From contig JAGXBE010000001.1 in the NCBI GenBank assembly GCA_018971265.1, positions 1,051 to 65,050 on the forward strand: a DNA stretch of 64,000 nucleotides, read 5' to 3'. The notes beneath the pieces are model-generated. The model was given only the letters and a program-made list of their open reading frames with translations. It ran no database searches and was not told the DNA's origin. Positions 1 through 10,278 of this stretch are shown here, in pieces; position 1 is the stretch's first letter; each line of letters starts with the position of its first letter. Position numbers and translations under genes: made by a program. The DNA comes from Patescibacteria group bacterium. GTDB lineage: Bacteria > Patescibacteriota > Minisyncoccia > Phycocordibacterales > Phycocordibacteraceae.

Positions 1-427
1 GAAATCCACCAAGAGCATTGTAGGAGAAGAAATGGGCGTAGCGCATGGAGCCGACGCCGGCGAGAATGGGCGCGACAGTGCGCACGATAGGCACAAAGCG
101 CGCGAGAATGACCGCGCGGCCACCGTAGGTTTTGAAGAAATCCTGCGTGCGCGCGACGTATGCCTGTTTAAAAAACCGCGAGTCTTTGCGATGAAAAAGA
201 CTCTCGCCGATATTCGCGCCAAACCAGTACCCTACCGAGTCACCGAGTATTGCCATGGCGACGACGACGAAGACTAGGGGTCCGAACGCGAGAAAGCCGC
301 CGGCGGAAAGAAGCCCCGCGACAAAAAGAAGCGAATCGCCCGGAAAAAAGACGCCGAAAAGGAGTCCGCTTTCGGCAAAGATGAGTATTGCTATTCCCAG
401 GTAACCGCCCGTCTTTACGATGGCCAT
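1..427 (-). CDS. DedA/TVP38 family membrane protein (C-terminus lies beyond the window start)
   Basis: Reverse-strand frame with ATG at 427-425 translates to MAIVKTGGYLGIAILIFAESGLLFGVFFPGDSLLFVAGLLSAGG... This matches the DedA signature region and reads open to the window edge. It is absent from the ORF track because it has no in-window stop. Confidence 0.6.
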   Translation of the reverse strand, partial: MAIVKTGGYLGIAILIFAESGLLFGVFFPGDSLLFVAGLLSAGGFLAFGPLVFVVVAMAILGDSVGYWFGANIGESLFHRKDSRFFKQAYVARTQDFFKTYGGRAVILARFVPIVRTVAPILAGVGSMRYAHFFSYNALGGF

Positions 428-489
428 CGGGTCGAGATGTATACACGCGGTCAAAAAATCAAGCATTCTCGTACAGTATACTAGAAAAT

Positions 490-3261
490 ATGGAATCCGC
501 GCCAAAGCTGTCAACGCCCGAGGAAGAACTTGCCTATTTGCGCGAGCAGGTCGCGCGCAAGGAACAAGAACTTCGGAAACGCGGAACATCGGACATTCAT
601 GCGGAACGTCCGCGCATTATTTCCGAGGAAGTTCGCGCGTATCACGCCGCCGCCCCGGAAATGCTCGCGAACGAATATCGTCTCAGTGATACGGCGGCGC
701 ATGATGCCGCCTCGAAGATATTCGCCGAGCTCAACTTTGGCGGCGATGAGGCCGCAATCGCTTCTCTGCAAGCCACGATGGAAGAAAGGGGAATTAAAAA
801 CGCGCTCATGGTGCTTGAGAAACTCCATAATCCGCATATCACGGACGACTTTCACCGGTATCTCGTGCGCTACGTTGCGGCCGGGCTGCCGCTTACCGGC
901 GCTAATGAGAACGGTCCGCGTTTTCAAGCTCTCCATATGACGCTCTATGAAATCGCACTTCCGGGACCAAAGAACGAAGAATCGAACGCACGCACGAAGA
1001 CGCTTAAAGAGCTCGTCTCCGCCATGGAGCAATTTTACGCGGGACTCCTTTCGGTCGAGGATGCTGCGCCCGGTGAGCCGCACTATTATGCGCTCGAGCT
1101 TGCGGTACCCGCGGACAGTCCCGAACTCCAGTTTTATGCAGCAGTGCCGAGCGGTAAGCGTTCACTTTTTGAAAAACAGCTCCTTGCGATTTTTCCGGAT
1201 GCGCACATCGTGCCGCAGCCGAACGACTACAACATATTCGTGCCGGGCGGCGTCGCGCTCGTTTCGACCGCGCGGCTTGCAGAGAATCCCGCGCTGCCCT
1301 TGAAGGACTATACCGATTTCGACTACGACCCCTTGAACGCCATCACGAACGCCTTTGCCAAAATAGAACACGTCGGCGAGGGCGCTGCGCTCCAGATAGT
1401 CATCGAGCCGCGTGCCGAGCGGCACGTGAAGCATTATCAGAAGATTCTCCGCGCCCTCCGGAAGGGCGAGAAACATACCGCGGCGTTTTCCATCCCGGAA
1501 ACGGCTCTGGGCGAATTCGCACGCGATATCGGCAAAGCGCTGTTTTCGAGCAAACCCAAAGATGAGGAAAGGGCAAAGGAAGTCGAGATTCGCCAGATAG
1601 AGACGAACAAGGCGCACGTCGAGCAGGTGGAAAAAAAGATCGCCACGCCCATCGTCGGCGCAACGATACGCCTCTCCGCTTCTTCAAAGGACGAAAGCAA
1701 GGCGCAGCAGGTGCTCGGCGAACTTGAGGCGGCGTTCAATCAGTTCGCGAATACGCAGGGAAACAGGTTGGAATTCACGCGCGCCGCGAAGCGGCGCGCG
1801 CAAAGCATTTTCGATGATTTTTCTTTCCGTCTGCCAGACTCATCGGCGCTTCCGCTCTCGCTCCGCGAGCTTACGACCATCTATCACTTCCCGCCGTCGG
1901 GCATCGAGAGTTCGCCGCACCTGAAGCAGGCGCGCTTCACGCACGCACCAGCGCCGCTTACACTTACGCAAACGGGCGCGCTCCTCGGCGCGAACAGTTA
2001 TCGGGGACAGGAGACGCGCATCTACCTCGACCCCGAAGATCGCCTGCGCCACCTCTATATCATCGGCCAGACGGGCACCGGCAAGACCGGTCTCATGAAA
2101 AGCATGATCATCCAGGATATTAAAAATGGCGAAGGATGTTGCTTCATCGACCCGCACGGCTCCGACATTCTCGACATCCTCGCTGCCGTGCCGCCCGAGC
2201 GGTACAAAGATGTCATTTATTTCGACCCCGCCGACCTCTCGCGCCCGTTCGGGCTCAACTTCCTCGAGTACGACTTTTCGCGCCCCGAGCAGAAAACATT
2301 CATCGTGAACGAGCTTCTCATGATCTTCCGCCGGCTCTATGGCGACGTTCCCGAAAGTATGGGTCCCGCATTCGAACAATATTTCCGCAACGCAACTCAG
2401 CTCGTGATGGAGGACCCGGCGAGCGGTTCGACGATTCTCGACATTGCGCGCGTGCTCTCCAACAGCGACTTCCGGCGCGCAAAGCTCAATAAGAGCATGA
2501 ACCCCATCGTGAACCAATTCTGGAATGAAATCGCGAGCAAGGCCGGCGGGGACGCGGCGCTCGAGAACATCGTGCCGTACATCACCAACAAGTTCGACGA
2601 CTTCACCGCGAACGATTTCATCCGTCCCATCGTGGGGCAGCAGGAATCCTCGTTCAAATTCCGCGAGGTAATGGATAACAAGAAAATACTTCTCGTGAAC
2701 CTCTCGAAAGGACGTCTCGGCGAAAGAAATGCGAACCTACTCGGCCTCATCATCGTCGGCAAGCTCTTTATGGCGGCGCTCGCGCGCGCGGATAACCCGC
2801 GCGCGGCGTATCCGCCATTCTATCTCTACATCGACGAGTTCCAGAACGTGACTACCGATTCGATCCCCGGCATCCTCTCCGAAGCGCGCAAATATAAGCT
2901 TGCGCTCACGGTGGCGCACCAGTTTCTCAACCAAATTGAAGAGAAGACGCGCGACGCGGTTTTCGGCAACGTCGGTAACATGGCGGTTTTCCGAGTGGGC
3001 GAGGAAGACGCCGAGTTTTTCGCGAAACAATTCGCGCCGGTCTTCGCGACGCTCGACTTCGTGAACATAGAGAACCGCAATGCGTACATAAAGATTCTTG
3101 CGAACGGCATACCCCAGAAGCCGTTTGACATGAAGACGTCGGACTTGCCGGCCTTGAACCACGAACAGGTAGACGACCTTATTCAGCTTTCCTCGCTCAC
3201 CTACGGCCGCGACCGTGCTACAGTTGAGAGTGTGATTCGCGAGCGGTACCTCTCGCATTAA
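490..3261 (+). CDS. HerA/VirB4/type-IV-coupling-protein-like P-loop ATPase (FtsK-HerA superfamily) with an unassigned N-terminal domain of about 500 aa
   Basis: Start taken at MESAPKL (490), just after a TATACT box. Walker A is IIGQTGTGKTG, followed by CFIDPHGSDILDIL (HerA/DUF87-like DPHGE motif). Walker B is LYIDEFQNV and a Q-rich VAHQFLNQIEEKTRD motif follows. The TIYHFPPSG motif precedes the ATPase. Confidence 0.65.
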   Translation: MESAPKLSTPEEELAYLREQVARKEQELRKRGTSDIHAERPRIISEEVRAYHAAAPEMLANEYRLSDTAAHDAASKIFAELNFGGDEAAIASLQATMEERGIKNALMVLEKLHNPHITDDFHRYLVRYVAAGLPLTGANENGPRFQALHMTLYEIALPGPKNEESNARTKTLKELVSAMEQFYAGLLSVEDAAPGEPHYYALELAVPADSPELQFYAAVPSGKRSLFEKQLLAIFPDAHIVPQPNDYNIFVPGGVALVSTARLAENPALPLKDYTDFDYDPLNAITNAFAKIEHVGEGAALQIVIEPRAERHVKHYQKILRALRKGEKHTAAFSIPETALGEFARDIGKALFSSKPKDEERAKEVEIRQIETNKAHVEQVEKKIATPIVGATIRLSASSKDESKAQQVLGELEAAFNQFANTQGNRLEFTRAAKRRAQSIFDDFSFRLPDSSALPLSLRELTTIYHFPPSGIESSPHLKQARFTHAPAPLTLTQTGALLGANSYRGQETRIYLDPEDRLRHLYIIGQTGTGKTGLMKSMIIQDIKNGEGCCFIDPHGSDILDILAAVPPERYKDVIYFDPADLSRPFGLNFLEYDFSRPEQKTFIVNELLMIFRRLYGDVPESMGPAFEQYFRNATQLVMEDPASGSTILDIARVLSNSDFRRAKLNKSMNPIVNQFWNEIASKAGGDAALENIVPYITNKFDDFTANDFIRPIVGQQESSFKFREVMDNKKILLVNLSKGRLGERNANLLGLIIVGKLFMAALARADNPRAAYPPFYLYIDEFQNVTTDSIPGILSEARKYKLALTVAHQFLNQIEEKTRDAVFGNVGNMAVFRVGEEDAEFFAKQFAPVFATLDFVNIENRNAYIKILANGIPQKPFDMKTSDLPALNHEQVDDLIQLSSLTYGRDRATVESVIRERYLSH

Positions 3262-3267
3262 AGCCGT

Positions 3268-5286
3268 ATGCAAGAAGGAGAACAAGGATTCCCGCAACCC
3301 AAACAACCCGATGAAAATTCGGAAAAACCGGGCGTACCCGAGGATAAGGGCGAGGCGTGGCTTAGGGAAAACATGGCGTTCCAGAAGGGAGAGTGGACCG
3401 TCACGTCCTCCGAATCCGGGCTAACAGATGCGCGCGACATCGACGATGACTTGATCGATGGAGACGAAGAAGGAAGTCCGAACTCGGGATCATGGATTTT
3501 CGCGCACCCCCTTCGACCGGCCAATGACTCGGAAAACGCAGGGAGGGTTGACAATCAGTCGCCCGGGACCGAGGGCACGCCGAAAGAGTGGCGCGAGAAG
3601 TTGAGGGGGCTTATTAAGGGCGCGAACGAACGGTTTGGATTTAGCGAGCGCGCAGAATCTCTCCAGGGTTATCTCGCAGAGCGTTCGAAAGGTTTTGATA
3701 CGAAAGCGAAAGAGTACGGACCGAAAGCGGAGAAACTTATTCGCTCTCTCGGCGAGAAATATAACAAGCTCGGCTGGAAGTCCAAGCTTGCGGTCGGTGC
3801 AAGTCTCGGCATCGGCGCAGCAGCATTTTCCGGGGTATCAACGTCGCTCGCGCTTCTTTTTGGCGCGGGGCTCGCCGCGCAACGCGTCGCCGGCATGACA
3901 GGCATGTTCCTCAAGTTTGAAAAACATTTGCAAGATACGGGAGAAGGGAAGTCGCAGGGTTTTTTCGCGCAGCAGGAGTGGTACAAAAAAATAGCGGAAA
4001 GACCGGAACAGCAGCGGAAACTCGCCGCGGCAATCATGTCACTCACCTATACCGGAGCCATGAGCGTCTCGATAGGAGAAGCAGTTCATCTCGCAAGCGG
4101 AACCGCTTGGGGCGAGGCAACGCACGAGTGGTTGAAGCAACACTGGCCGTTCGGAACTGCGGAACCGGCGCCCGCGACCGCACATAACGGGCGTGAAGTA
4201 TCCGGAATCATCCGACATCCCGAAGCCGTGCCGGCGCCGAGCGCACCCCCAATGCCGGAAATTTCAGTGCCGGCATCAACCGGGCATGGTGCCGAATACA
4301 TGCTGAAACGAGTCTGGGAAGATCTTCAGGAGAAACATCTTGATCCGAGCAACTACGCGCAAAATAGCGATATTCACCGACTCCTCACGGCCGATGCGCA
4401 TTCAATCGACACGCTTGTACACCAAATCGCCGCCGATCCGCAGCACGGCTTTTTCCATGCGGATGGCACGAGCGTCCGCATCAGTCCGGACGCGCATATG
4501 ACCATCGACGAACACGGCGAGATCCTTCTCTCTGACCCCGGCCACAAACTGACCTGGGCGCCCTCGCATTTGCCGACCACGCCGGCACACTCTCCTGAGG
4601 CGCCCGCCGCGCATTCCGAGGCGGTTCTCAAAAATATCGACTCGCCGGCGGTACCCGAAGTACCTGTTTCAGCGGGCGCATCTCTCCCTGCCGAGACCGT
4701 CGTCGCGCCACACGCACCGGCGGCAGAGCACGCGCCCGCCCCTGAAAGCATTCCGGCAGGGCACCCTGGCACCGAATCGTCCGACGGCCCGGTCCTGCAC
4801 GACAATGAAGGGAGTATCGTGCAGGACAGGGAAGGCAGTCCTGTCCACACCGAAGCATACGGGTCGCTGCCCGAAAATGCGCCGTCTGCAACGGAACATG
4901 CAATTCCGAATCCGGAAGTCCCTCCTCCCCCCGCCGTCGCAATGGAGCACACGAGTCCTTTTATAAATCACAATGCGTTGTCGGTTGACCCGACCCACGA
5001 ACACATCTTCCAGGACACGAACGGTGCTTTGCTTGCCTACGGCAACGATCACGACGCGCAATTCAGGGCGGCGCAGGAGTACGTCAAAACGCACCACGAT
5101 GCGATTATCTGGGTACAAGCGGGGAAACCGGTTTTCTATAACGGCGAATGGAAACCTTGGGTATACTCGGTTCAATATGGCGGCTGGTGGCGAGGCGTAT
5201 ATGCGCTCATCCCTACCGAGGCGCCGGATCCGTCTCAGATAGGCGGTATCAATCCGGAAACGTTTATAAAACAACTCGACAAATAA
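3268..5286 (+). CDS. hypothetical membrane-anchored protein with a long Pro/Ala-rich low-complexity linker
   Basis: Sits 7 nt after the ATPase stop on the same strand. Acidic N-terminus, hydrophobic segment LAVGASLGIGAAAFSGVSTSLALLFGAGLAA, PA-rich region and a Trp/Tyr-rich C-terminal domain. The protein-like composition contrasts with the Arg/Cys-rich antisense ORFs. Confidence 0.55.
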   Translation: MQEGEQGFPQPKQPDENSEKPGVPEDKGEAWLRENMAFQKGEWTVTSSESGLTDARDIDDDLIDGDEEGSPNSGSWIFAHPLRPANDSENAGRVDNQSPGTEGTPKEWREKLRGLIKGANERFGFSERAESLQGYLAERSKGFDTKAKEYGPKAEKLIRSLGEKYNKLGWKSKLAVGASLGIGAAAFSGVSTSLALLFGAGLAAQRVAGMTGMFLKFEKHLQDTGEGKSQGFFAQQEWYKKIAERPEQQRKLAAAIMSLTYTGAMSVSIGEAVHLASGTAWGEATHEWLKQHWPFGTAEPAPATAHNGREVSGIIRHPEAVPAPSAPPMPEISVPASTGHGAEYMLKRVWEDLQEKHLDPSNYAQNSDIHRLLTADAHSIDTLVHQIAADPQHGFFHADGTSVRISPDAHMTIDEHGEILLSDPGHKLTWAPSHLPTTPAHSPEAPAAHSEAVLKNIDSPAVPEVPVSAGASLPAETVVAPHAPAAEHAPAPESIPAGHPGTESSDGPVLHDNEGSIVQDREGSPVHTEAYGSLPENAPSATEHAIPNPEVPPPPAVAMEHTSPFINHNALSVDPTHEHIFQDTNGALLAYGNDHDAQFRAAQEYVKTHHDAIIWVQAGKPVFYNGEWKPWVYSVQYGGWWRGVYALIPTEAPDPSQIGGINPETFIKQLDK

Positions 5287-5296
5287 ACACCGTGCT

Positions 5297-5605
5297 ATGA
5301 TGCCACCCATGCAAGACGAATTAACCTCCGCAATTGCGAACGACCTCGGCATCGCCGGCCTTCCGCCTGCGGAACAGCAGGCGCTCATCGGACAGTTTGG
5401 AGAGATCGCTCTTAAGGCCGCAACGCTCTCGGTCATGGAGAAACTTTCCGATGAGAAGCGCGCCGCGTTCGCAAAGCTTTCGGAGGAAGGGGATGCCCCC
5501 GCAATCAAGGCCTTCCTCGACCTTGAATTGCCCGGACACGAGGAGGTGGTGAAGCAGGCGGTTGCCGAGGAAGTGAAGCGATTTAAAAATTTTCAGACAG
5601 CATAA
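5297..5605 (+). CDS. hypothetical small helical protein (102 aa)
   Basis: Co-directional ORF 11 nt after the previous gene, with an alpha-helical, acidic composition. It resembles small conserved CPR proteins, but the family could not be verified. Confidence 0.45.
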   Translation: MMPPMQDELTSAIANDLGIAGLPPAEQQALIGQFGEIALKAATLSVMEKLSDEKRAAFAKLSEEGDAPAIKAFLDLELPGHEEVVKQAVAEEVKRFKNFQTA

Positions 5606-5621
5606 TATATACTTACGTTAT

Positions 5622-6158
5622 ATGAAACCAACCCAGACTGGAATCGCTGTTGCGCTTGCGCTCGTCGTGATCGCGGCGTTCTTTATTTTCCCGGGCCTTT
5701 TGCCCTTCACTTCGTCGGGCGCGGTCGGGACCGAGACGCCTGTTACTAACAATAATGACACGAACGTGCAAACAGCATCTGCCACAGCATCTACCGAATC
5801 TGCCGGTACACCTCCGGTTACGCAGCTTACGGTGACTGACGAAGTCGTCGGTACAGGCGCCACTGCGGTAGCGGGCGACAGTGTAACAGTTAACTATGTC
5901 GGCGCTCTGACTAACGGTACCGTTTTCGATGCCTCCGCCAATCACGGGACTTCCGGCTTTACCTTCACGCTCGGCGCGGGACAGGTCATTAAAGGATGGG
6001 ACGAGGGCATCGTCGGTATGAAAGTGGGCGGCAAGCGAAAGCTCATCATCCCCGCTTCGCTCGCGTACGGCAACCAAGCAATCGGGAACATAATCCCGGC
6101 AAACTCAACTCTTGTTTTCGAAGTTGAGCTTTTAAAGGTACAGACGCAGGGTAAGTAA
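5622..6158 (+). CDS. FKBP-type peptidyl-prolyl cis-trans isomerase, membrane-anchored or secreted
   Basis: N-terminal TM/signal (IAVALALVVIAAFFIF). FKBP core motifs are VTVNYVGALTNGTVFDAS, GAGQVIKGWDEGIVGMKVGGKRKLIIP and LVFEVELL. Confidence 0.8.
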   Translation: MKPTQTGIAVALALVVIAAFFIFPGLLPFTSSGAVGTETPVTNNNDTNVQTASATASTESAGTPPVTQLTVTDEVVGTGATAVAGDSVTVNYVGALTNGTVFDASANHGTSGFTFTLGAGQVIKGWDEGIVGMKVGGKRKLIIPASLAYGNQAIGNIIPANSTLVFEVELLKVQTQGK

Positions 6159-6267
6159 AAGCTTGCGTTTCTATCAGTAATGTGCTATAAGATTTACTGG
6201 TAAGTAACGGTCTTTTGTATGCCTTGCCCGAGGGTTTGTCGGGTGCACAAGAAAGGAAGGGGTCATT

Positions 6268-6861
6268 ATGATCTCCAGGTTGGTTGCGCGAATCACTCTT
6301 GCGAGTATGCCTCTCTTGCTCGGGGCGTGCGCCTCGATGTCATCTTTCAACGGGTATGTTTCGGCGTCATCCGAAGATGCGAAGAAAGTGGAGCATGGCG
6401 GGTACTCTGATGCGGCGACGGCGCAAATTGCCGTTGTACAGAACCCGGATTTCAACGGCGGCAGAATCTCCCCGCGGGCGCTGAAGAAAATACAGGAATA
6501 CTCGATCTCCTGTCAGCGGCAGATCGACGTACAGCTCGCGGGTGCCGGACAATCCGGGGTGAACGGTGCCGTGCCCTACGGCGTTGCGGGACTCGGTGTC
6601 GGCCCCGCCGCAAAAGCTGCGTTTGCGGGGGCAAGCATGCACGCATACGCGCTCTACGGCGGCATCGCGTATCTCTTGCCGGGTGCAGTGAACGGCCTCA
6701 TCACGGGTTCCTACGCCATGGCATCGGCGAAAGGGACGTGTACGCGCGATTTCTGGGAAGACGTGGTTCACACGGATCCGGATTTCCGCGGCACGCACGT
6801 CGTGGTGGTGTACGCCGGGAAGGCATTCGGTAATTCCATGCCTCCGGCGCTCAAGAAATAG
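6268..6861 (+). CDS. putative lipoprotein (hypothetical)
   Basis: Signal peptide ending in the lipobox LLGAC. Gly/Ala-rich mature region. One of the few genes with an AGGAAGGGG SD-like motif upstream. Confidence 0.55.
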   Translation: MISRLVARITLASMPLLLGACASMSSFNGYVSASSEDAKKVEHGGYSDAATAQIAVVQNPDFNGGRISPRALKKIQEYSISCQRQIDVQLAGAGQSGVNGAVPYGVAGLGVGPAAKAAFAGASMHAYALYGGIAYLLPGAVNGLITGSYAMASAKGTCTRDFWEDVVHTDPDFRGTHVVVVYAGKAFGNSMPPALKK

Positions 6862-6944
6862 CTTCATAACGAGGTACCACTCGGAACCGTGTATCTGTTT
6901 GTTTCCAAACAAACGCTGCACGGTTCTTTTATTTTTGCTACGGT

Positions 6945-8171
6945 GTGTACATGAGTTCGATTTCTTTCACCATAAAGAAGCGCGCGCTGGCGTGTGGCGC
7001 CCGTGCCGGTGTTCTCACAACGCCTCACGGAATCATCCATACGCCCGCTTTTGTGCCGGTCGGCACCAAGGCGGACGTAAAGGGCATCCTGCCGGATGCT
7101 CTGAGTCTGCTCGGTGCCGAGATGGTTCTTGCGAACACCTACCATCTCTATCTGCAGCCGGGTGAGGGAATAGTGCAGAAGGCGGGCGGACTTGCGAAAT
7201 TCATGAACTGGCAGGGTCCGACCATGACCGACTCGGGCGGCTTCCAGGTTTTCTCGCTTGGCGCCGCTTTTGGAAAGACCATCTCGAAATTCGTACAGGG
7301 CGATGCTCCGAGGGAAGAGGCGGTCGCCGTCTATGACGAGAACGTTGCAAGCCAGCACGGTCAGCTCGCGGTCATCGATGAAGAAGGCGTTTCATTCACT
7401 TCTCATCTCGACGGCTCGCTTCATCGCTTCACACCGGAGCGTTCCGTCGAGATACAACACGCGCTCGGCGCGGATATTTTCTTTGCTTTTGATGAATGCA
7501 CTTCGCCAAACGAGCCGCATGACTACCAGAGGGAGGCGATGGAGCGCACGCATCGCTGGGCCGAACGCTCGCTGAAGACGCATCGGCAGAATCTTGAGGC
7601 GAAAAAGCGACAGGCACTCTTCGGTATCGTGCAAGGAGGGCGACACGAAGATTTGCGCAAAGAGTCCGCGCGCGCCATCGCCGCGCTTGGTTTCGATGGC
7701 ATCGGCATCGGCGGTTCGTTCAGCAAAGAGGACATGCGGGGCGCGCTTGCGGCCGCGGTAGGGGAGCTACCGGAAGAGCTTCCTCGGCACTTCCTCGGCA
7801 TTGGCGAGCCGGGCGATATCCTCGAGGGCATTGCGCATGGCATGGATCTTTTTGATTGCGTCGCGGCGACGCGTATCGGGCGGCACGGTTCCATTTACAC
7901 GCGCCGCGGCATCATCCACCTCACGGGCGAGAAGTTTAAGGATGACTTCGACCCGCTTGATCCCGAAATCGGTATCGCCGGCACGGAGAATTTCACGCGT
8001 GCGTACGTGGCGCACCTCATCCGCGCCAAAGAGATGCTCGGCTCGGTGATCTGTTCAATGCATAACGTCGGCTTCATTCTCGACCTCGTCAAGGGTGCGC
8101 GCCAAGCAATCGTCGATGGACGATTCGACGAATATCGTGCAGACTTTGTGCGCACGTACTACCGCTCATGA
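6945..8171 (+). CDS. tgt: queuine tRNA-ribosyltransferase
   Basis: TPHGIIHTPAFVPVGT, ANTYHLYLQPG and WQGPTMTDSGGFQVFSLG all match Tgt. An alternative start lies two codons downstream. Confidence 0.85.
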   Translation: MYMSSISFTIKKRALACGARAGVLTTPHGIIHTPAFVPVGTKADVKGILPDALSLLGAEMVLANTYHLYLQPGEGIVQKAGGLAKFMNWQGPTMTDSGGFQVFSLGAAFGKTISKFVQGDAPREEAVAVYDENVASQHGQLAVIDEEGVSFTSHLDGSLHRFTPERSVEIQHALGADIFFAFDECTSPNEPHDYQREAMERTHRWAERSLKTHRQNLEAKKRQALFGIVQGGRHEDLRKESARAIAALGFDGIGIGGSFSKEDMRGALAAAVGELPEELPRHFLGIGEPGDILEGIAHGMDLFDCVAATRIGRHGSIYTRRGIIHLTGEKFKDDFDPLDPEIGIAGTENFTRAYVAHLIRAKEMLGSVICSMHNVGFILDLVKGARQAIVDGRFDEYRADFVRTYYRS

Positions 8172-10222
8172 ATAATTTCAAACTCCACACACCGTTCTTA
8201 CCGGCGGGCGATCAACCGGCGGCCATCGATGCACTTGAGCGGGGCCTCAAGGAAGGGTTGCGGCACCAGACCCTACTCGGTGTGACCGGGAGCGGAAAAA
8301 CCTTCACCATCGCAAACGTCATTGCAAGGTTTAACAAGCCGACCCTTGTCCTCGCGCACAACAAAACGCTTGCAGCGCAACTCGCGCAGGAATATCGGGA
8401 GTTCTTCCCGGAAAATGCGGTGCATTATTTCGTCTCCTATTACGACTACTACCAACCGGAGGCGTACATCGCGCACTCGGACACCTACATCGAGAAAGAA
8501 GCTATGATTAACGCCGAGATAGATCGATTGCGCCACGCGGCGACGCAGGCTTTGCTTACGCGCAAGGACGTCATCATCGTCGCATCCGTCTCGGCTATAT
8601 ACGGTCTCGGTTCTCCGGAAGAGTATCAGAAAGTGCACGTCAAGATAGAGAAAGGAACGGCGGAGAATCGTGCCGCGCTCATCCGCAAACTCGTCGGCAT
8701 TTATTTTGAACGGACGAACGCCGACCTCAATCCGGGGCAGATGCGCGCCATTGGCAACTCACTTGAGTTTATGCCCGTTAACGAGCGGGTGATGTACCGT
8801 ATCGCGTTTGGGGGCGATGTCATCACGGGGATCGATCAGCTTGACCCGGTCTCGCGCGCAAGGATGGCGGAACCGAAATCGGTTTTCGTCTTTCCGGCAA
8901 AACATTTCGTTACGAGCGAAGAGAAGCGCGATAGCGCCCTTAAGAACATAAAGCTCGAGCTCGATGAACAGCTTGCAAAATTCAAGCGTGAGGAAAAACC
9001 GCTCGAGCACGAGCGATTGAAGCGTCGCACGCTCCACGACATTGCGCTCATCCGCGAGCTCGGTTATACGAGTGGCATCGAAAACTATTCTCGCCATTTC
9101 GATGGACGTGCTGCCGGCGAACCTCCGCACACGCTCCTTTCTTATTTCCCGCACAAAAAAGACGGTGCACCGGACTTTCTTACCGTCATCGACGAGTCGC
9201 ACGTTACCGTTTCGCAAATAGGAGGCATGTATGCGGGCGATAAGTCGCGCAAAGACAATCTCGTCGAGTACGGTTTTCGTCTCCCCTCGGCGCGCGACAA
9301 CCGCCCGCTCATGTTCGAAGAGTTCGAAGAGCGCGTCGGACAGGTCGTGTACACGAGTGCGACACCGGGGGATTATGAACGCGCGCATTCCGGGCAGATT
9401 GTCGAACAGGTTATCCGTCCAACGGGGCTCATCGATCCCGAACTCGTCATACGCAATGTGACGGAAACCGGAAAGTACTCGGGACAGATCGCGGATTTCA
9501 TCGGTGAGGCGGAGATCGTTATCAAGCGCGGCGGCCGCGCGCTTGCGACGACGCTCACAAAGCAGATGGCGGAAGATCTCGCGGCATACCTGCGCGAACG
9601 CGGGATAAAAGCCGAGTATCTCCACTCGGACGTGAAGACGATAGATCGCATCGATATTCTCACCAACTTCCGCAAAGGGAGGTTTGACATTCTCGTCGGC
9701 GTGAATTTGCTTCGTGAGGGCCTCGACTTACCGGAGGTAGAGCTCGTCGGTATCCTCGATGCCGACAAAGAGGGCTTCCTGCGGAGCGAGACGTCGCTTA
9801 TTCAAACCATCGGCCGCGCCGCGAGGAATGTCCTCGGCCGCGTCATCCTCTATGCCGATGTCATGACCGGTTCCCTCGAGCGCGCAATTTCAGAAACAAA
9901 TCGCCGCCGCGCGCTCCAGATCGCGTATAACGGGAAGCACGGCATCACACCCGTTTCCATTAAAAAAGAAATTCATGATATCGCGGCGTCTATGCGCACG
10001 GAGCACCAGCGCACCATTGACGAGCTTTTGGTATTGGATACGCTCGCGTACAAAGATGATCCCGCGGCTTTCATCAAGCGCAAGAGGGAAGAGATGGCGG
10101 GGGCGGTGGAGCAACTGGACTTTGAAACCGCCGCGCTCATCAGGGACGAGATCTACAAGCTTGAAGGCATCGGCCCCAGGGCTCGCAAACCCCGCACTCG
10201 CAAGCCACTTTCAGGTTCTTAG
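8168..10222 (+). CDS. uvrB: excinuclease ABC subunit B
   Basis: [15 protein letters not shown], helicase motifs and a C-terminal UVR domain ([15 protein letters not shown]). ATGA overlap with the tgt stop. Confidence 0.95.
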   Translation: MNNFKLHTPFLPAGDQPAAIDALERGLKEGLRHQTLLGVTGSGKTFTIANVIARFNKPTLVLAHNKTLAAQLAQEYREFFPENAVHYFVSYYDYYQPEAYIAHSDTYIEKEAMINAEIDRLRHAATQALLTRKDVIIVASVSAIYGLGSPEEYQKVHVKIEKGTAENRAALIRKLVGIYFERTNADLNPGQMRAIGNSLEFMPVNERVMYRIAFGGDVITGIDQLDPVSRARMAEPKSVFVFPAKHFVTSEEKRDSALKNIKLELDEQLAKFKREEKPLEHERLKRRTLHDIALIRELGYTSGIENYSRHFDGRAAGEPPHTLLSYFPHKKDGAPDFLTVIDESHVTVSQIGGMYAGDKSRKDNLVEYGFRLPSARDNRPLMFEEFEERVGQVVYTSATPGDYERAHSGQIVEQVIRPTGLIDPELVIRNVTETGKYSGQIADFIGEAEIVIKRGGRALATTLTKQMAEDLAAYLRERGIKAEYLHSDVKTIDRIDILTNFRKGRFDILVGVNLLREGLDLPEVELVGILDADKEGFLRSETSLIQTIGRAARNVLGRVILYADVMTGSLERAISETNRRRALQIAYNGKHGITPVSIKKEIHDIAASMRTEHQRTIDELLVLDTLAYKDDPAAFIKRKREEMAGAVEQLDFETAALIRDEIYKLEGIGPRARKPRTRKPLSGS

Positions 10223-10278
10223 GTGGAGTGATACACTCATGTCGTACCTGCCCCGCCACGGGCAGGAAATTTGCATAG

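Noticed and set aside
32-277. 81-aa plus-strand ORF at the window start
   Set aside because: The opposite strand encodes a good DedA-family membrane protein across the same interval.
4669-5508. 279-aa minus-strand ORF overlapping the 3' half of the 3268-5286 gene
   Set aside because: The plus-strand product has a coherent TM segment, a disordered linker and an aromatic-rich C-terminal domain, in an operon context. The minus ORF is Arg/Cys-rich. The call remains less certain than for motif-bearing genes.
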